From NCBI GenBank assembly GCA_963734495.1, contig CAVTHK010000003.1:64001-128000 (forward strand): DNA of 64,000 nt, given 5' to 3'. Positions within the stretch are counted from its first letter, which is position 1, and each line of letters begins with the position of its first letter. The translations under genes and the position numbers were made by a program. A model generated the notes under the pieces. It ran no database searches and was not told the origin of the DNA. It worked only from the letters and a program-made list of their open reading frames with translations. Source of the DNA: an uncultured Spirochaetota bacterium. Lineage in GTDB: Bacteria; Spirochaetota; Spirochaetia; SZUA-6; CAVTHK01. This document shows, piece after piece, positions 30,214 through 40,743 of the stretch.

Positions 30214-31086
30214 TCAGGCCGCTCCCACCGTCTCGCGCAGCGTGAGCGCCGCTTCCCAGCCGAGGATCGCCTTCTTCCGCAAGGGGCCTTCGCCGTAGTT
30301 GCCGAACTCGCCCATCTTGCGGATGACGCGGTGACAGGGGATGAGGAACGGGATCGGGTTGCTGCCGACGGCGTTGCCCACGGCGCGGTTGGCGCCGGGA
30401 GCGCCGATGTGCCGCGCGATGTCCTCGTAGGTGACCGCCTTGCCGAGGGGGATTCGCAGGAGCGCCTCCCAGACCTGGATCTGGAAGTTGGTCCCCCGGA
30501 CGAACAGGTGCAGCGGGGCGGGCTCGTGGTCTGGCGAAAAGGAAAAGACCTGCGCCGCCGTGTCCGCCGTGGCTTCGGCGTCCTGCCTGATCGTGGCGCC
30601 CGACCAGCGGGCACGCAGGTCCTCCACCAGCTTCGTCTCGGGCGCCTCCTTGACGAACGAAAGGCCGCAGATCCCGCGCGGGGTGAGCGCCAGCAGGCAG
30701 CGGCCGAACGGGGAAGGGTGAAAGCCGTAGGCGATCTCCAGCCCCTCGCCGCGCCGCTTGATCTCACCGGGGGTTACCGCCTCGCAGGTGACGAAGAGCT
30801 CGTGCAGCCTGCCCGGGCTCGACAGCCCCGCCTCGTACGTGGCGCTGAGCACGTCGTGGGACTCCTCGAGGAGCCTCCTCGCGTGCGCCTTGGTCACGAA
30901 CTGGAGGAACCGCTTGGGGCTGATCCCGACCCAGCGGCTGAACAGCCGCTGGAAGTGGAACTCGCTCAGGCCCACGGCCGCGGCGATCTCCTCCAGCGAT
31001 GGCTGCCTCGCCGCCCGCGTCTCGATGAACCGGATCGCGGCCTCGACCCTCGCGTAGTCCTCGGCAAGCTGCTCCATGATCGTCAT
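30214..31086 (-). CDS. ada: AraC-HTH + methylated-DNA-protein-cysteine methyltransferase (Ada-like, lacking the Zn domain)
   Basis: SEFHFQRLFSRWVGISPKRF, GTNFQIQVW, PCHRV active site. Confidence 0.88.
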   Translation of the reverse strand: MTIMEQLAEDYARVEAAIRFIETRAARQPSLEEIAAAVGLSEFHFQRLFSRWVGISPKRFLQFVTKAHARRLLEESHDVLSATYEAGLSSPGRLHELFVTCEAVTPGEIKRRGEGLEIAYGFHPSPFGRCLLALTPRGICGLSFVKEAPETKLVEDLRARWSGATIRQDAEATADTAAQVFSFSPDHEPAPLHLFVRGTNFQIQVWEALLRIPLGKAVTYEDIARHIGAPGANRAVGNAVGSNPIPFLIPCHRVIRKMGEFGNYGEGPLRKKAILGWEAALTLRETVGAA

Positions 31087-31190
31087 TGTTCCAGCTCCGC
31101 GGCGGGCGGTTCGCCCCCGCCGCGACTCCAAGTATTGCGACGCGGGGGCCGGCGGGCAACCCGGTTCTTGCTGCGGGGTTGGCGGAGGCC

Positions 31191-31944
31191 TTACCCGTTT
31201 TCCGCGCGGATGATCTCGTCCCAGTCGTAGACGCCGGCGATCCGCTGCCCCGGCTCCAGGACCAGGAAATCGCGGGCCCCACTCGCCGTCGACGAGCCTG
31301 CGCAGCAGCTCGAGGCTGCCCGCGAGGCGGGTGTATTCGCGGCCTTCGGCGCGCGCCCGCTCCTCGCATCGGACCGCGGCGCCGAGGTGCGCCGTCTCGG
31401 GCACGTCGATGAACACGAGCCGGTTGCCCTTGCGGGCCGGGGCCGACATCGCCTCGCAGATGTAGCGCGCGTTCTCCTCGCCGTACTTCTCGACGTACTC
31501 GCGGTACACCGCGTCCGAGGGTCCGCCTTCGAGCCCTTCGTGGAAGGGGGCGACGGCGCGCTCGCCGTATCCGGTCGAGGAGAAGGGCTGGCTCGGGTTG
31601 TCGCGGAAGAGGCGCTTGAACTCCTGCCGCGAGCCGAGGAGGAGCGTGCAGCAGTCGTGCGCGCGCGGGATCACGACCCGCGTGGCGCCGGCGCGCAGCC
31701 CCGCGGCGGCGTTGCCGCACAGCCCGTAGCCGAGCAGGATCGCGTCGTAGCCGGCGCCGTCGGCGGCGGCGATCTTCTGCTGGATGAGCGCGCGCAGGCT
31801 CTCGCTGTGGCGGTGGGCGTCGAGCTCGTTGAAGTCGAGGTCGAAGATGTTGGGGCTGCGCGACACCAGCCAGCAGAGCTCGCGCAGCAGCGCGTTGCAG
31901 GCGAGGAGGCGGAGCTTGAGCGGTCGGCCGGTCACGGCCGCCAT
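31191..31944 (-). CDS. DUF1638 domain protein (late frameshift; start may be GTG 31935)
   Basis: LLAC, LGYGLCGN, RAHDCCTLLLGS, KYGEENA motifs. Confidence 0.85.
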
Positions 31945-31967
31945 GCTAACGAGCGGCGCGTCCCCGT

Positions 31968-33155
31968 TCAAGCCCGGGCGCGCTGTCGCCGCTGCCGGCG
32001 GTATTCGCGGGGCGCCTGGCCGAGCCGCTTGCGGAAGACCTTGCAGAAGTAGCTCTGGTCGCCGAAGCCGCACTCGATCGCGATCTCCCGAAGCCTCCGG
32101 CCGGGGTCCTCGAGCAGCTCGCACGCCCGCTCGACGCGGAAGCGGGCCAGCGTCTCGGTGAACGTCGCGCCGCAGCGACGGGTGAAGAGGCGGGAGAAGT
32201 GCCCTTCGGACAGATGGGCGATCGCCGCGGCCTCCGCGCGGGAAATCGGCTGTCCGAGGTTCTTGCGCATGAACTCGAGCACGGGGGCGAGCGAGGGCAG
32301 CGGCTCGCCCGCCGGCCTGCGGAACGGCGTCCCGATAAAGGCCTCCAGCCACGACGTGAGCCACCGGCTGAGGTGCTCCTCGTCCCCGATGCGCGAGAGC
32401 TCGCGCAGGAACGAGCTGCCGAGCGCGAGCAGCTGGCGGGGATCGGCGCCGCGGTCGACGGCCGAGCGGTTCATCAGCACGACCATCTCGAGCAGCAGCG
32501 TCTTGAGCACGTCGAGGTCGCGCAGGCCCGCGTGGTAGACGCCGAGCAGGATGCGGTTGATGGTGGCGCGCGCCCGCTCGCGGTCGCCGTCGGCCATGGC
32601 CTCGAGAAGCTCGTGCTCCTCGCGCAGGTAGATCTCGCGGGGGTCCTGGTAGGGGAGGCTCTTCGCGGAGTGGATCGCCTCGGCGCGGCGGGCGTGCGAG
32701 CTGCCTTCGCTCCGGTTCCAGCGCATCAGCGCCTCGCTGCAGGCGTTCGCCGCGACGGCCTTGTCCATGAGCTCCCACGCGAGGGCCGTGATCGCCCGGG
32801 CGCGCTCCAGCTCCACCGCCTGCGCCCCCGGCACGCCGCCGGCAGCCCTGCCGTTCGCGCGCTTTTCGGCCGCGAAGAGCCCGCCGAGAACACGGTTGTT
32901 GTCGGTCGCGGGCACGCACCAGACGTAGACGCCTTCGTTGTCGAGAGCGATCGCGGGCTCGCCCCATCGGGCCGCCTCGCTCACCATCAGAGGCAGGTCG
33001 ATCCCGCGTCCGGGCGCGCGCTGCCACGGGTAGCCCGCGCCCCAGACCCGGCGCACGCCGTCGCCGTCGGCGAAAGCGAGCTCGAGACCCGTGCTGCCGC
33101 GGTACTCGCGGACCGCGCGTGTGACGTTCGAAGGACACCGGGCAGAGCGCGCCAC
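31968..33155 (-). CDS. AraC-family regulator with PocR-like sensor domain
   Basis: EAARWGEP N-terminal sensor-like region; LSEGHFSRLF, CGFGDQSYFCKVFRK HTH. Confidence 0.88.
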   Translation of the reverse strand: MARSARCPSNVTRAVREYRGSTGLELAFADGDGVRRVWGAGYPWQRAPGRGIDLPLMVSEAARWGEPAIALDNEGVYVWCVPATDNNRVLGGLFAAEKRANGRAAGGVPGAQAVELERARAITALAWELMDKAVAANACSEALMRWNRSEGSSHARRAEAIHSAKSLPYQDPREIYLREEHELLEAMADGDRERARATINRILLGVYHAGLRDLDVLKTLLLEMVVLMNRSAVDRGADPRQLLALGSSFLRELSRIGDEEHLSRWLTSWLEAFIGTPFRRPAGEPLPSLAPVLEFMRKNLGQPISRAEAAAIAHLSEGHFSRLFTRRCGATFTETLARFRVERACELLEDPGRRLREIAIECGFGDQSYFCKVFRKRLGQAPREYRRQRRQRARA

Positions 33156-33288
33156 GTCACGATCGTACCATTAAGAGGCACCATGTTCCAAGGCCGGCCG
33201 CCTGGTCCTATCGCCTCACAGCAGCGCCAAAGAAGCGCACGAGCCGACAAGTCCGGGCGGCTGCCTTCATTCTATTCTCATTTCCGCC

Positions 33289-34644
33289 ATGACTGGAAAA
33301 GAGATCGTCCTCGCGACGCTGGCCCACGAGACGCCCCCGCGCACCCCCTGGGTGCCGTACACCGGGGTGCACGTGGGCAGCCTCATCGACGCGCCCGCCG
33401 ACGAGCTTCTGCGCAGCGCCGACCTGCTCGTGCGCGCGCTGCGCGAGGCCCATCGCCTCTACGCCCCCGACGGGCAGCCCGTCGTCTTCGACCTGCAGAT
33501 CGAGGCCGAGGTCCTCGGCTGCGGCCTGCTGTGGGCCGCCAAGGCGCCGCCTAGTGTGAGCTCGCACCCTCTTGCCGCGGCCAAGGGCGTTCCGCGGAGG
33601 CTGCCCGAGCGAGGCGATGGCCGGCTCGGCCTGATCCTCGACGCCATGACAAGAATGAAGAAGGAAGTCGGCCGCCGCACCGCCCTCTACGGCCTGTTCA
33701 CGGGGCCGCTCACGCTCGCGTCCCACCTGCGGGGGACCGAGATCTTCCTCGACTTCTTCGACGACGAAGGCTACGTGCGCGAGCTGCTCGACTTCTGCAC
33801 GCGGGTCGGCCTGCGGATGGCGGAGCTCTACGTCGAGGCGGGGATGGATGTGATCGCGGCCGTGGACCCGATCGTCTCGCAGATCTCCCCGGACGCTTTC
33901 CGGCAATTCGTGGCGCGCGGGTTCGCCGTGCAGTTCGAAGCGATCCGCGCCGCGGGCCGCGCGAGCTCGCTGTTCGTCTGCGGCGACGCGACCAGGAACC
34001 TCGAGGCCATGGCCGCCACCGGCCCCGACTGCCTGTCGGTGGACGAGAACATCGACATGAAGGCGGCCAAGCGCGTCACCGACGCCGCGGGCATCGCGCT
34101 CTCCGGCAACCTTCCGCTCACGACCGTCATGCTGCTCGGGAGCCAGGCGGACAACCAGAAGTACGCCCTCGACCTGATCGACGGCATGGGACGGAAGGAC
34201 TTTGTCCTCGCGCCCGGCTGCGACATGCCCTACGACACGCCGAGGGCGAACCTGGTCGGCGTGAGCCAGGCTGTGCACGACGAGCGCGCGACGCGGGCCT
34301 ACCTCGAGCACTACGTGCGCCGCGACGTCGACGTCCCGGTCGAGATGCCGGACTACGAGCACCTCGCGGGCGCGCTCGTCGAGGTGTTCACGATCGACTC
34401 CGCGACCTGCGCGGCCTGCGGATACATGAAGGCGGCGGCGGACGAGGCGGGCGCGGCGCTCGGCCCGCGCGTCGAGGTGGTCGAGCGCAAGATCTCGACC
34501 CTGGAGAACATCGCCCGCGCGCGGAGGCTCGGCCTGGCGCACCTGCCGGCGATCGTGGTCAACGGCAGGCTCGCCTTCAGCTCCGTGATTCCCGGCCGCA
34601 GGGCCCTGTCCGACACGATCGAGGCGGCCCTCCGACGCCCGTGA
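33289..34644 (+). CDS. MtaA/CmuA (URO-D family) methyltransferase-like protein with C-terminal thioredoxin-like domain
   Basis: FDLQIEAE, GPLTLA, FVCGD, LAPGCDMP; C-terminal TCAACGYM (CxxC) ...LPAIVVNG. Confidence 0.85.
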   Translation: MTGKEIVLATLAHETPPRTPWVPYTGVHVGSLIDAPADELLRSADLLVRALREAHRLYAPDGQPVVFDLQIEAEVLGCGLLWAAKAPPSVSSHPLAAAKGVPRRLPERGDGRLGLILDAMTRMKKEVGRRTALYGLFTGPLTLASHLRGTEIFLDFFDDEGYVRELLDFCTRVGLRMAELYVEAGMDVIAAVDPIVSQISPDAFRQFVARGFAVQFEAIRAAGRASSLFVCGDATRNLEAMAATGPDCLSVDENIDMKAAKRVTDAAGIALSGNLPLTTVMLLGSQADNQKYALDLIDGMGRKDFVLAPGCDMPYDTPRANLVGVSQAVHDERATRAYLEHYVRRDVDVPVEMPDYEHLAGALVEVFTIDSATCAACGYMKAAADEAGAALGPRVEVVERKISTLENIARARRLGLAHLPAIVVNGRLAFSSVIPGRRALSDTIEAALRRP

Positions 34645-34675
34645 CCGCCGAGTGACGTCCTCCCCGGCCGCCCGG

Positions 34676-34729
34676 TTAAGAAACGCTTAAGCCGCGCGCA
34701 AGCCTCTCGTCAACCGCGGGTGTTACGCT
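34676..34729 (+). promoter_or_regulatory. OmpR-type direct repeats and extended -10
   Basis: TTAAG(34676), TTAAG(34687), GCAAG(34698) at 11-bp period, then TGtTACGCT. Confidence 0.5.
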
Positions 34730-34818
34730 CCCAAGCGGGGAACTCGCCCGCGGCTCCCGCAGGCGGCGGGCGCGTTGAAGGCGCGGCCGTGGCCGTTTAT
34801 AGTGGGAGTCCGACGCTG

Positions 34819-36285
34819 ATGACCATCCGAACGAGGATCCTGGCCGCATACCTCGCGATGCTCGTGATACCGCTCGGCCTGATCGTGGGCATCGACCGCG
34901 TCCTGCGCTCCTATCACCAGGGCGACGCGATGCGGGTCCTCCGCTTCCTGCAGCCGCGGACGCCGTACGCGCGGGTGGCGCGCGACATGGGCGTCGCCAT
35001 GCGGCTGATCAACCTGCAGATCCTCAACGATCCGGACCAGTTCGCCTCGGCCGCGTTCATGCGCACGCTGGACCCGCCGATCCACGACCTGGGGTTCGTC
35101 GTGAGGCGCGGCGACACGATGATCTACGTGTCGCCTTCGCTGGAAGCCTCCGCCCTGCCTCTGCTGCCGAAGTTCGCGGCGCAGCCGAGGACCGAGCCGC
35201 GGCCCGAGTCGGAGTCGGGCGCGCCCCCGGAGCGGGCCGTGCTGGGCCAGTGGGACTTCCGCTTCTCGGACCGGACGCCGGGGAGCCTGTTCCTGGTGCG
35301 CGGGGCGGACCGCACGTACCGTCCGTTCCCCGATCTCAACGTGCTCATGATCCTCTCCGCCGTGTTCGTGCTGGCCCTCGGCAACGGCGTCATCACCTTT
35401 TTCGTGGCCCACAGCATGATCGGGCCCCTGCGCGCGCTCGAGCAGGCCGCGGAGCGCATCAGCGGGGGCGACCTGGAGACGGCGATGGCGCCGCTGCGCA
35501 GGCGCGGGGACGAGATCGCGCGCGTGCGGGAGGCCTTCGAGCGGATGCGCACGGGCCTCAAGGAGTCGCTGGACAAGCAGCGGGAGTACGAAAGGAACCG
35601 CCTCGAGCTGATCGCGAGCATTTCCCACGACCTGCGCACTCCCGTGACGACCATCCGGGGCTACGCCGAAGGGCTTCGCGATGGCGTCGCCGCGAGCCCG
35701 GAAATGCGGGCGCGTTACGAGCAGACGATCGTGGACCGGGCCGAGACCATGGACCACCTGATCGAGGAGCTGTTCCTGCTGTCGACCCTGGAGCTCAAGC
35801 AGGCGCCGTTCTCCTTCCACGAGCTGGATCTCAGGGCGTTCCTCGAGGACAGCGTGGAGGATCTGCGGCGCGTCCATGAGCGGGTCGCCATCACGCTCGA
35901 GAGCGGCCCGGGCCCTGTTCCGGTGAGCGCCGACCCGTCCCAGCTCCGGCGGGTCATCGAGAACATCGTGGAGAACGCGGTCCGCCACTCCGGCCGCGCC
36001 GAACCGCGGATCGACGTGCGCCTGGAATGCCGCGACGACGGCGGCGCGGTCGTGGAGATACGCGACAACGGGCGGGGCATCCCCGAAGAGGCGCTGCCCC
36101 ACGTGTTCGAGCGCTTCTACCGCGCCGACGCGGCGCGCAGCGCGCCCGGCAGCGGGCTGGGCCTCACGATCGCGCGGCGCATCGTCGAGGCGCACGACGG
36201 CACGGTGCGCGCGGAGAACCGCAAGGAGGGGGGGGCCGCGATCATCATCACCCTGCCGCGCCTCGCCCGGGGGCCGTGCCCGTGA
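34819..36285 (+). CDS. HAMP-domain sensor histidine kinase
   Basis: two TMs, HAMP, SHDLRTP H-box, NAVRH, DNGRGI, GSGLGL. Confidence 0.93.
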   Translation: MTIRTRILAAYLAMLVIPLGLIVGIDRVLRSYHQGDAMRVLRFLQPRTPYARVARDMGVAMRLINLQILNDPDQFASAAFMRTLDPPIHDLGFVVRRGDTMIYVSPSLEASALPLLPKFAAQPRTEPRPESESGAPPERAVLGQWDFRFSDRTPGSLFLVRGADRTYRPFPDLNVLMILSAVFVLALGNGVITFFVAHSMIGPLRALEQAAERISGGDLETAMAPLRRRGDEIARVREAFERMRTGLKESLDKQREYERNRLELIASISHDLRTPVTTIRGYAEGLRDGVAASPEMRARYEQTIVDRAETMDHLIEELFLLSTLELKQAPFSFHELDLRAFLEDSVEDLRRVHERVAITLESGPGPVPVSADPSQLRRVIENIVENAVRHSGRAEPRIDVRLECRDDGGAVVEIRDNGRGIPEEALPHVFERFYRADAARSAPGSGLGLTIARRIVEAHDGTVRAENRKEGGAAIIITLPRLARGPCP

Positions 36286-36965
36286 AGCGGCTGCTGATCA
36301 TCGAGGACGATCGCGCGATCGCGGAGCTCGAGCGCGACTACCTCGAGGCCGACGGCTTCGCCGTGGACATCGAGCTGGACGGCGACGACGGGCTGCGCAA
36401 GGCGCGGGCGACCGCCTACGACCTGATCCTCCTCGACCTCATGCTCCCCGGCCGCAGCGGGTTCGACGTCTGCCGGACGCTGCGCGGCTCGAGCGAGGTG
36501 CCGATCCTCCTGGTGTCGGCCCGAAGGGCCGACGTGGACAAGATCAGGGGCCTGGGGCTCGGCGCCGACGACTACATCACCAAACCCTTCAGCACCGCCG
36601 AGCTCGTGGCGCGCGTCAAGGCGCACCTGGCGCGCTACGAGCGCCTGCGCGGAGGCAGGGGCGCGCTTCCGATCACGGCGGGCGCCCTCGCGCTGGACCC
36701 CGAGTCGATGCGCGTGACGGTCGCGGGCCGGGAGGTGACGCTGACCGCCCGCGAGTTCGGGATCCTGGCGCTGCTCGCCTCCCACCCCGACCGCGTGTTC
36801 AGCCGCGAGCAGATCTTTGAGCGGATCTGGGGCGAGGGGGTCTTCGGCGACATCTCCACGGTGACGGTTCACATCCGCCGCATCCGCGAGAAGATCGAGG
36901 CGGACCCTTCGCAGCCGCGGATCATCGAGACCGTGTGGGGGATCGGCTACCGGCTCAAGGCTTAG
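36282..36965 (+). CDS. OmpR-family response regulator
   Basis: IEDD, LLDLMLP, GADDYITKPF, winged helix TVHIRRIREK...TVWGIGY. Confidence 0.95.
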   Translation: MKRLLIIEDDRAIAELERDYLEADGFAVDIELDGDDGLRKARATAYDLILLDLMLPGRSGFDVCRTLRGSSEVPILLVSARRADVDKIRGLGLGADDYITKPFSTAELVARVKAHLARYERLRGGRGALPITAGALALDPESMRVTVAGREVTLTAREFGILALLASHPDRVFSREQIFERIWGEGVFGDISTVTVHIRRIREKIEADPSQPRIIETVWGIGYRLKA

Positions 36966-36995
36966 CCCCGCCGCGCCGCGGGGCCGTTCGCCGCG

Positions 36996-37280
36996 TCACT
37001 CGTGCGAGATGCAGGCGCTGAACACGTGCCGGGGCTCGAAGCGGACCCAGTCGCCGGGCTTGATCCCGGCGGCCGCCGCGGCCCCGCCGCTCGACGCGCC
37101 TGCCTCCGTGACGGTCTCGACGTTGCCGACAAAGGCGTCGCCGCCCTCGGGCTCGAAGGTGCGCACCTGCACCCACGCCTCGCCGAGCCGCAGGAAAACC
37201 GGCCTCCTGCGCCTGATGGGATTCGCGGGCCGCTCGCCTGCGGCGCCGAATACCGTCCACTGGGGTTTCTTGACGTCCAC
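36996..37280 (-). CDS. small hypothetical protein
   Basis: AGGAGG RBS before GTG; protein-like composition ending GIKPGDWVRFEPRHVF. Confidence 0.55.
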   Translation of the reverse strand: MDVKKPQWTVFGAAGERPANPIRRRRPVFLRLGEAWVQVRTFEPEGGDAFVGNVETVTEAGASSGGAAAAAGIKPGDWVRFEPRHVFSACISHE

Positions 37281-37449
37281 TCTGGCCCCTCCTGGGTCTG
37301 GTTCCCGGCCATGATATACAGAGAACCCGGGCCGCCTCAACGGGCCCTCAACCGCCTGTCAACCGGCCCGGGCCCGCGGGGGCCTGCTCCGGTGCACGCC
37401 CCCGCGGCGCTGGAGATTAAGGCTTGCGCGGGCGATATATAGAGTAGAC

Positions 37450-39589
37450 GTGACCACGCCCTCGCCCCAGACTGCACCTCCTCCCGCCGAGGTCTGCTGC
37501 GTCAACTGCAAGGCCATCTACGAGTATGTCCTGCGCCGCCGGCGGCAGGAGGCGAGCCGGGTCTTCGAGAACCTGCCGGCGCCTTACGACAAGCTCGAGG
37601 ACCCCGCCGCGTTCCTCCTCAACGAGAACAACTGGATTCCGAGCGAGGTGGTGGTGCGCCTGTTCGAAAACGCGCGCCGGATCGTCCAGGACGACGACGC
37701 CCCGTTCGGGATCGGCTTCGAATCGGTGACGCAGAGGCGGCTCGGCTACATCCAGCGCTTCTTCATCAGCACCCTCATGACGATCCCGGGCGTCATCAAG
37801 AGGGTGAACGAGATCAACGCCAAGTTCAACACGACCAAGCGGGTCCAGGTGCTCCACGCGGGGCCCGGGCGCATGACGCTGCGGCTCTTCTGGAACACGA
37901 ACGGCGTGCTCTCCGAGGACATCTGCAGTTACAACAAGGGCATCTACTCGGCGGTGCCGACCATCTGGGGCCACCCTCCCGCGCAGGTCGACGAGCCGTT
38001 CTGCCACTTCCGCGGCGATCAGTTCTGCCAGTTCGACTGCACGTGGGAAGCCGGCTCGCGGGCCAGGGCTTTCCTCGAGAGCCTGCTCACGCGCAAGAGC
38101 CACCTCCTCGACGCGCTCGCGGAGATCGAGAGGGACAAGGACCTGATCAAGACCAAGTTCCGGGAAATCTCCGAGCTCAACGCCGATCTCCGGGACAAGG
38201 TCGACAAGCTGGAGGGCATCAACAGGGCCTCGCGCCTGCTCGCCTCCTACAGGAACGTCGACGAGTTCCTCGACCTCACGATGAAGACCGTGGTCGACGT
38301 CCTCCATTTCGACCGGGCGATCCTCATGCTCGTCGACGCCTCGGGGGAGAACCTCGTCTACGCGCACTCGACGGGGGCCGATCCCGCGCTGGTCCAGCGG
38401 GTCAAGGGATACCGGGTGCCCCTGTCGCGCGACAGCAACGTGATGGTCCGCGTGCTCAAGTCCGGGCAGCCGGTCCTGATCGAGAACGTCGAGAAGAGCG
38501 GGCTCAATCCCCGAGAACGTCATCCTGTCGGCCATCAAGACCTTCTCCTTCTGCGTCTGTCCCCTCGTGGGCGCGGACGCGCGCGCCATCGGGGTGCTCG
38601 GCGCCGACCGCGTGCGCCGGGAGCCGCTCACCCGCAGCGACCTCGACTACCTGTCGATCTTTGCCAACAACATGGCCGCGTTCCTGCACAGGGCGCAGGC
38701 CCACGAGCAGCTCGAGCAGATCAGCGCGGCGTCCGGGAGGTTCGTGCCCCGCGAGCTGCTGGAGCAGCTCGGCCGCGGGAGCATCACGGACGTGCGGCTC
38801 GGCGACCAGGTGCAGAAGGAAATGTCGATCCTGTTCTCCGACATCCGCTCCTTCACCTCGCTCTCCGAGACCATGACGCCCGTGGAGAACTTCAATTTCC
38901 TCAACTCCTACCTGGGCCGCGTGAGCCCGTTCATCCGAAAGCACAACGGGTTCATCGACAAGTACCTGGGCGACGGCATCATGGCTCTCTTTCCCGGAGG
39001 CGCCGAGGACGCGGTCAACACGGCCATCGAGATCGTCCGCTACCTGCCGCTGTACAACACTCAGCGCGAGCGCAGCGGCTACCAGGCGATCCGGATCGGC
39101 AACGGGATCCACTCCGGCAGTATCATGCTCGGCACCATCGGCGAGGAGGCGAGGATGGAGGGGACCGTCATCGCCGACGCCGTAAACCTCGCCTCGCGCC
39201 TCGAGGGGCTCACGAAGGTCTTTGGAGGCTCCATCGTCGTGAGCGAGCGCGTGCTGTTCGGCCTGAGCGACCCCAACAAGTACAACTGGCGCTTCGTCGG
39301 CAAGGTCCGCGTCAAGGGCAAGAAGAACCTCGTGTCGGTGTTCGAGATCTTCGACGCGGACGACGAGGAGACTCTGGGACTCAAGGCCGCCACCCGCGAG
39401 GTCTTCGAGCGGGCGGTCCACTACTTCCACGGCGGGGAGTTCCGTGACGCGCACATGCTGTTCGACAAGGTGCTCGAGCGCAACCCCCGCGACCGGGCGG
39501 CCCTTCTCCTGCGCGGCCACAGCGAGTCGTACGCCGCGCACGGGCTCCCCCAGGACTGGGACGGCGCCCTCGATTTCGACCCCTCGTAG
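37450..39589 (+). CDS. class III adenylate/guanylate cyclase with V4R-like and GAF domains (frameshift ~38515)
   Basis: SDIRSFT, DKYLGDGIMA, DAVNLASRLE; N-terminal CSYNKG...CHFRGDQFCQF; GAF-like middle. Confidence 0.88.
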
Positions 39590-39668
39590 CGCGGGCGTTC
39601 GCCGCCGCGTCGTTCACGATCCGCATTGCAGGGGCGCCCCCGCGGCTGTCAATCGCGAAGGGGGACGG

Positions 39669-40518
39669 TCAGGCCAGCAGCCGCCGGATGCGCTCCTCGG
39701 CCGCGGGGTGCGTGAGCCACAGCCGCCTGCCCGCGGACTGCGGGCGCGGCAGGAACAGGTCCCAGAAGCTGCGCTGCGAGCGCTCGAGCTGCGTCAGGGC
39801 CGAAGCGAGGCCGCGCGGGTCGCCCGTGAGCTCGGCAGCGGTGCGGTCCGCCTCGAACTCCCGCGTTCGGGAGAGGGCGAGCGCGAGCAGGACGCTCGCC
39901 ATGGGGGCGAGCATCAGCAGCAGGACCAGGCGGAACGGCACGGTCGCGGCTCCCATGGCGAGCAGCGGGAAGTTGAGCACGAGCAGGATCACTCCGAACG
40001 TCGAAAGGGCGCGCGTGAGGCGGTGGATCGACTCCGCGAGCCCGAGCAGCCAGAGGTCGCGGTTCCTGATGTGGGCGATTTCGTGGGCGAGCACGCCCGC
40101 GAGCTCGCGTCCGTCCAGCTGCGCGAGCAGGCCGCGGGTCAGCACGATGACCGGCCGCCCAGGCTGCCCCACGCTCAGCGCGTTCGGCATGGCGTGCGGG
40201 CTCAGGTAAAGCCTGGGGACGGCGGGCAGATCGGCGCGGCGCGCGAGCTGCCGCCACGAGATCGTACAGGTCGGAGCTCTCGAACGGGGAGAGCGGGCGG
40301 GCGCGGTACAGCGACAGCGCGAGCTGCGGGGCAGCCGACGAGCTCGACATCAGCGCGAACGCCGCGAACCCGACGGCGAGCAGCAGCCCCCACCTTCCGA
40401 GCAGGGCGCTCCCGAGCGCGGCGCCCAGCGCCAGCATGAGCCCGAGGAGAAAGAGAGTGAGCAGCGCATTCAGCCAGCGCGAAAGACCGGACATGTTGTG
40501 CAGCGTCAGTGTTCTCAC
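39669..40518 (-). CDS. htpX: M48 zinc metalloprotease HtpX (frameshifts ~40200-40255; start may be ATG 40494)
   Basis: PNA, HEIAH, SRTREFEAD, THP motifs. Confidence 0.88.
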
Positions 40519-40743
40519 GACAATTGCGATGCACGAACCGTGCCGGGCGCCTTGCCCTAACCTTTTTCAGGATTGACAGTTGAAGGTCGCCGCCGGCGGG
40601 ACCGTCCCGATCGGGTCCCGATGGACCCTGCGGGCCGCCTCCGCTGTGTCATTGTGGACCACCCGGCCGAAGCCCTGGACGGGCCGCTGACAGGCGCGGC
40701 GAGCCGTGGTAGGATGGCGAATCTTCACGTGACGGGGAGGCAG

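Noticed and set aside
30214-33138. 974-aa ORF joining DUF1638 and Ada
   Set aside because: Frameshift artefact; DUF1638 ends at TAA 31191-31193 in another frame and Ada has its own start
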